Shown: in pieces, positions 60,716-64,000 of the stretch
How the letters are laid out: each line of letters begins with the position of its first letter
Position numbering within the stretch: the first letter of the stretch is position 1
Translations under genes and position numbers: made by a program
Assembly: GCA_030704615.1 (NCBI GenBank)
Contig: CM060734.1
Location: forward strand, 33,914,001 to 33,978,000
Length of the DNA: 64,000 nt
Reading direction: 5' to 3'
From: Takakia lepidozioides
Lineage: Eukaryota > Plantae > Bryophyta
The notes under the pieces: model-generated
What the model saw: only the letters and a program-made list of their open reading frames with translations
Told to the model about the DNA's origin: nothing
The model's database searches: none

Positions 60716-63700
60716 AGAGAGAGAGAAGACTCCGGCCGAAGCCGGCGTAACTAAGAGCCACTTCGCCTTGCGGCTACTGCCCCCTTTCGGGGGTGGGCCC
60801 TATAAAAGGAAAGGTGTCCTATGGGACACCAATTGACAGTAGAAAGTAGGGGAGTCTGTGTACCCCTAGGTACCCTAGGGGTACCCTGGGGGATCTATGG
60901 TGCGTTTGAAGTGCCGGATTCCAATTGGCGTTTGTTGGTGATAATAGCTGTGAATGAACGGAGTGCCGTGAGGTGAATTGCTTTGAAACATTTGTGGATG
61001 GGAAGAGTGGGAATATTGAGGTTATCATGTATGTCATTGATACTGGCGTTATGAATGCCGCCTCGAGTACCGGCGGTGATGACGGTTAATGGGCCAGTTT
61101 TCCAGCCATACCGTCGGATTGCAAGGATAAGCGGGGCATATTTTTGACGTTTTTCTAAAATCGAATCATTGGGGTAGAGATCATGACAAAATGTGAATTC
61201 AATGAAATGGATGGCAAATTGTGGGGATGGTGAGGTGGGGGGGGTAGGGTATTAATGGGTAGGCCTTGTACAATGAGTATGTCCGGGCAAAGCCTGGAAG
61301 GGCATGAGCATGGTGATCGGGTACATATGCATGGTAGCAGCCAGGGTGGCACGGTGTGGTCGGGTGGCCGACCTTGGTAGGTGCCAGCGTTTATAAGCAA
61401 GAACCATCTGGTTTCAGCACGGTTTAGAAAGAGCTTATGGAGATGCCAGACTGCCTGGTTGTGTCGCGTGATATGAAGGCTGTGTATGATCGGGTGCGTA
61501 CATTGGCTGAGGAGATGTGGCCAGGTGTCACAAGCTTGGTGAGTGGTTGAATACAATGGACAGTATGGGGATGGGAACATATGCGGCCAGAAGATGTGCT
61601 TGCGCTGGTGACCCATGTATTGGGCGTATCTGAATTTGAGTGTTTGTCAAATTTGTGCGTCCGTAGTAGTTCTGGTTAGCCAGAAATGATTTGAGAGTTT
61701 ATGGTGCAATACACTTGATTGAGTCCATTTTTGGATGTGTACTTTGGTGCGGCTGATGGAGGCTGTAGCTTGTTTATTTGCTTCTCGGGTAAGCGTGGTC
61801 AGGAGGTTACGAATGGGTCTGGGTGCAGGGGGGTCTGATATGGGGTGTATAAACCAGAAAGGGTGGGTGTGGGCGATGTGGATAGAATCATCATTGGGTA
61901 CAACTATGGGGTGGGAAGTGCCGAGTTGGGCGAATAGGTCTGCTTCTTCATTACCATGAATGCCAGTGTGTGAACGGACTTTGAGTATATGGACTGGGTG
62001 GCTGATGGCAACGGCCCTCTGGACAATAGCGAAAATAAGGTTGCCGTTGGGGTGATGATGATGGGCAGAGGGGCGAGAGATGTGGTTATGGATGAGGAAT
62101 AGTGAGGTAAGGCTATCAGTGAAGATGTAGTATGGGGGGGGGGGGGGGGGGGGAGTGTCGAGTGAAGAGAGAGCATCGTGAATGGCCATGAGTTCAGCCC
62201 TGAGGATGGTGGCAGGTCCAGGGAGCCTGAGGGCAACACCTTGACCGGTGCTGGCGTGATAAATAGCGTACCCTGCATTATGTTTGGTGAGGGATCCGTC
62301 GGTGTAGTGTGAGTTGGCCGGTGGGTATTTGGGGATGGTGTTTTGTTGATATATTGTGGGGATTGGAGGGGGAGGCGTTGTTGGCGTGACCTGTGGGGGG
62401 CGTGGTATCGCAATGTTCCAAACTTTGTTTGTTCTAATCCGGGGCAGTGTGGCGGGTGCGTGGGTGTGAGGGAGGGCAGTTGGGCGATGGATGGTGGCCT
62501 TTAATTTTATGGGTTTTGGTTAGTAATTGTTCTAGTTGATGGAAGAAATGTGGCGGTATGTCTGCATGAAGGGGGTTTTGGACGTGTAGCAGCAGGGTAA
62601 GGGTGGGTTCTTTCCGTTTGAGGTATTTGGGGAGAGGAGGGGTGTGAATATATTTAAGTTGGTTTGGGTCAATTGTGGCGAGTAAGTTAACCCCTTCTGG
62701 GAGTCGTAGGAGAGGGTGAGAGGTGCTCGGTGTGATTTGGTGTGTGAGGATGAGGATTGTGGACGCAGAAGGAGAGGAGTGCGCAGCAAATTTTGCCATG
62801 GGTTGGTGTATGTATCTGTTATTTAAAGGTTGGGTGGGAGTGGCGTGTTGTTGGTGGGTGTGTGTTAGATAATCGGTGTTAGTATTTTTGTGGAAGGTGG
62901 TGAGTAGGGCAAGATTGTGTTCGGGGTCACAATCGTCATGTGGGCCGAATATGTCATCTTCTATCTGCCATGTGTTGTCTGATGAGGAGTACCCAGCCCA
63001 TTGACAGTGATAGTATGTATCAATGCAGGTGGGCCCAAAGGCACCAATGGACATTTGGGTTTTAACTCCTAGTATGGCATCAATGATGTAAGCATTGTTA
63101 TTGTCGTCACTATGTGGTGAGGATGGGGGGGACAGTGCAGTGGTTAGTTGGGAGGGGGTGGGGGAGCCTTGCATACTAGGTGATGGAGTGAGTGGCGTAA
63201 GCAGGTTGTGGTTAGGTTAGGGAGGGTGTGTGTTAGGTACTTGATATGGGGGATCGGGTTGTGTGTCTGTAGGAGTATTGGTGGTATATGTCGTTTTGAG
63301 TCTTTGATAGATGGAGGCAGTAGGGGAAGATCGGTACTGGGGGAGCAGGTCTTGGGCCGTATGTGGATAGTAGAGGCAGGGGAGATCACATTGGAGAGTG
63401 CAGGCTGCTGAGGGATGGCAAAAGAGAGTGCGAAGGTGGTGTAGGCATCGATTGGTTTTGGACGTGGCGCGGGAGAACTTAAGAGTGAATTCGCTTGGTT
63501 TTAAAAGTCTATGGCCGGTGGCGGTAGTAAGTTGGGCGAGGGTGGTGATGTGACATTCTTTGAAATAGGTGAGGATGGGGGTCTTTTGTTTGGGATAAGA
63601 GACGTCGAATTGTGATAAAAATAGGCTTGTGAGCCATGCTCGTTCTAAAGGTGACGAGGTGTTAGGATAGGCTCGCAGATCGGTTTGTATGCTAATTTTC

Positions 63701-64000
63701 ATTTGGCGTAGGATGAGTAGCGTGCGTGCAGTGGGGGAGTGTAGGCAGGCATGTGGGTGCAAGGATGATAATGAGTAGAGGCCATTGTATTTTAATGCAA
63801 GGTGTTTGAGAAGTCCCTGATAAATGATACCTAAGCGCTCAGGATCGTTGAGTGCTTCTTGTAATTGGGTGCCTAATGTATGAGCATACGAGATGATTAA
63901 TGGGCTCAAACCAATTCCGTAGTGGTCAGTAGGGAGTTGCGTGAGGGCATTGGGAGTGCTAGTCGGTAGACCACATACACGCTTTGTTAGCTGAATAATA
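60716..64000 (-). mobile_element. 3' part of a Dualen/RandI-like non-LTR retrotransposon (post-RT region, chromodomain, RNase H, CCHC, restriction-like endonuclease, structured 3' UTR, (CT)n tail)
   Basis: Post-RT ALNDPERLG. Chromodomain at 62890-63090. RNase H: YTDGS, RAEL, FTDS, KVRSHTGIHGNEEAD. CCHC: CPLY..DTWPHLLSQC..RHN. RLE: PDIL..IEFTFCHD..EKRQKYAPL. Stop at 60895-60897. A few frameshifts and stops. Confidence 0.85.

Noticed and set aside
60740-60805. Hammerhead or HDV-like ribozyme in the LINE 3' UTR
   Set aside because: There is no CUGANGA core and I could not build the HDV double pseudoknot. Reported only as a structured RNA.

Overview
Eukaryotic, intron-rich plant nuclear DNA, probably from a non-seed land plant such as a bryophyte (inferred from the moss-like PLS-DYW protein). 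The left 26 kb is gene-rich. It holds a PLS-E1-E2-DYW PPR RNA-editing factor (minus strand), a 9-exon DUF248/PMT-type SAM methyltransferase (plus strand) and a 13-exon SLC26/SULTR sulfate transporter (minus strand), with LINE pieces in the introns. The 26-58 kb interval is mostly decayed transposons: MITE clusters, three hAT-type elements with 8-bp TSDs, a near full-length L1 LINE, and Gypsy and CACTA remnants. The right end is a PPR pseudogene interrupted by a non-LTR retrotransposon. There are two main findings. (1) The PPR-DYW gene has a hidden upstream exon. When spliced, it puts an OSB/PTAC9-type PDF motif (an organellar ssDNA-binding motif) in front of the PPR-DYW editor. PDF exons with the same splice point also occur in a tandem paralog (439-1720) and inside the PPR pseudogene (59908-60251), which points to a PDF-PPR-DYW family. 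(2) The retrotransposon at 60716-64000 encodes a chromodomain, RNase H, a CCHC finger and a restriction-like endonuclease. This is a Dualen/RandI-like layout known mainly from green algae, here with a chromodomain and a tetraloop-rich 3' UTR. All calls were made by eye and no searches were run.
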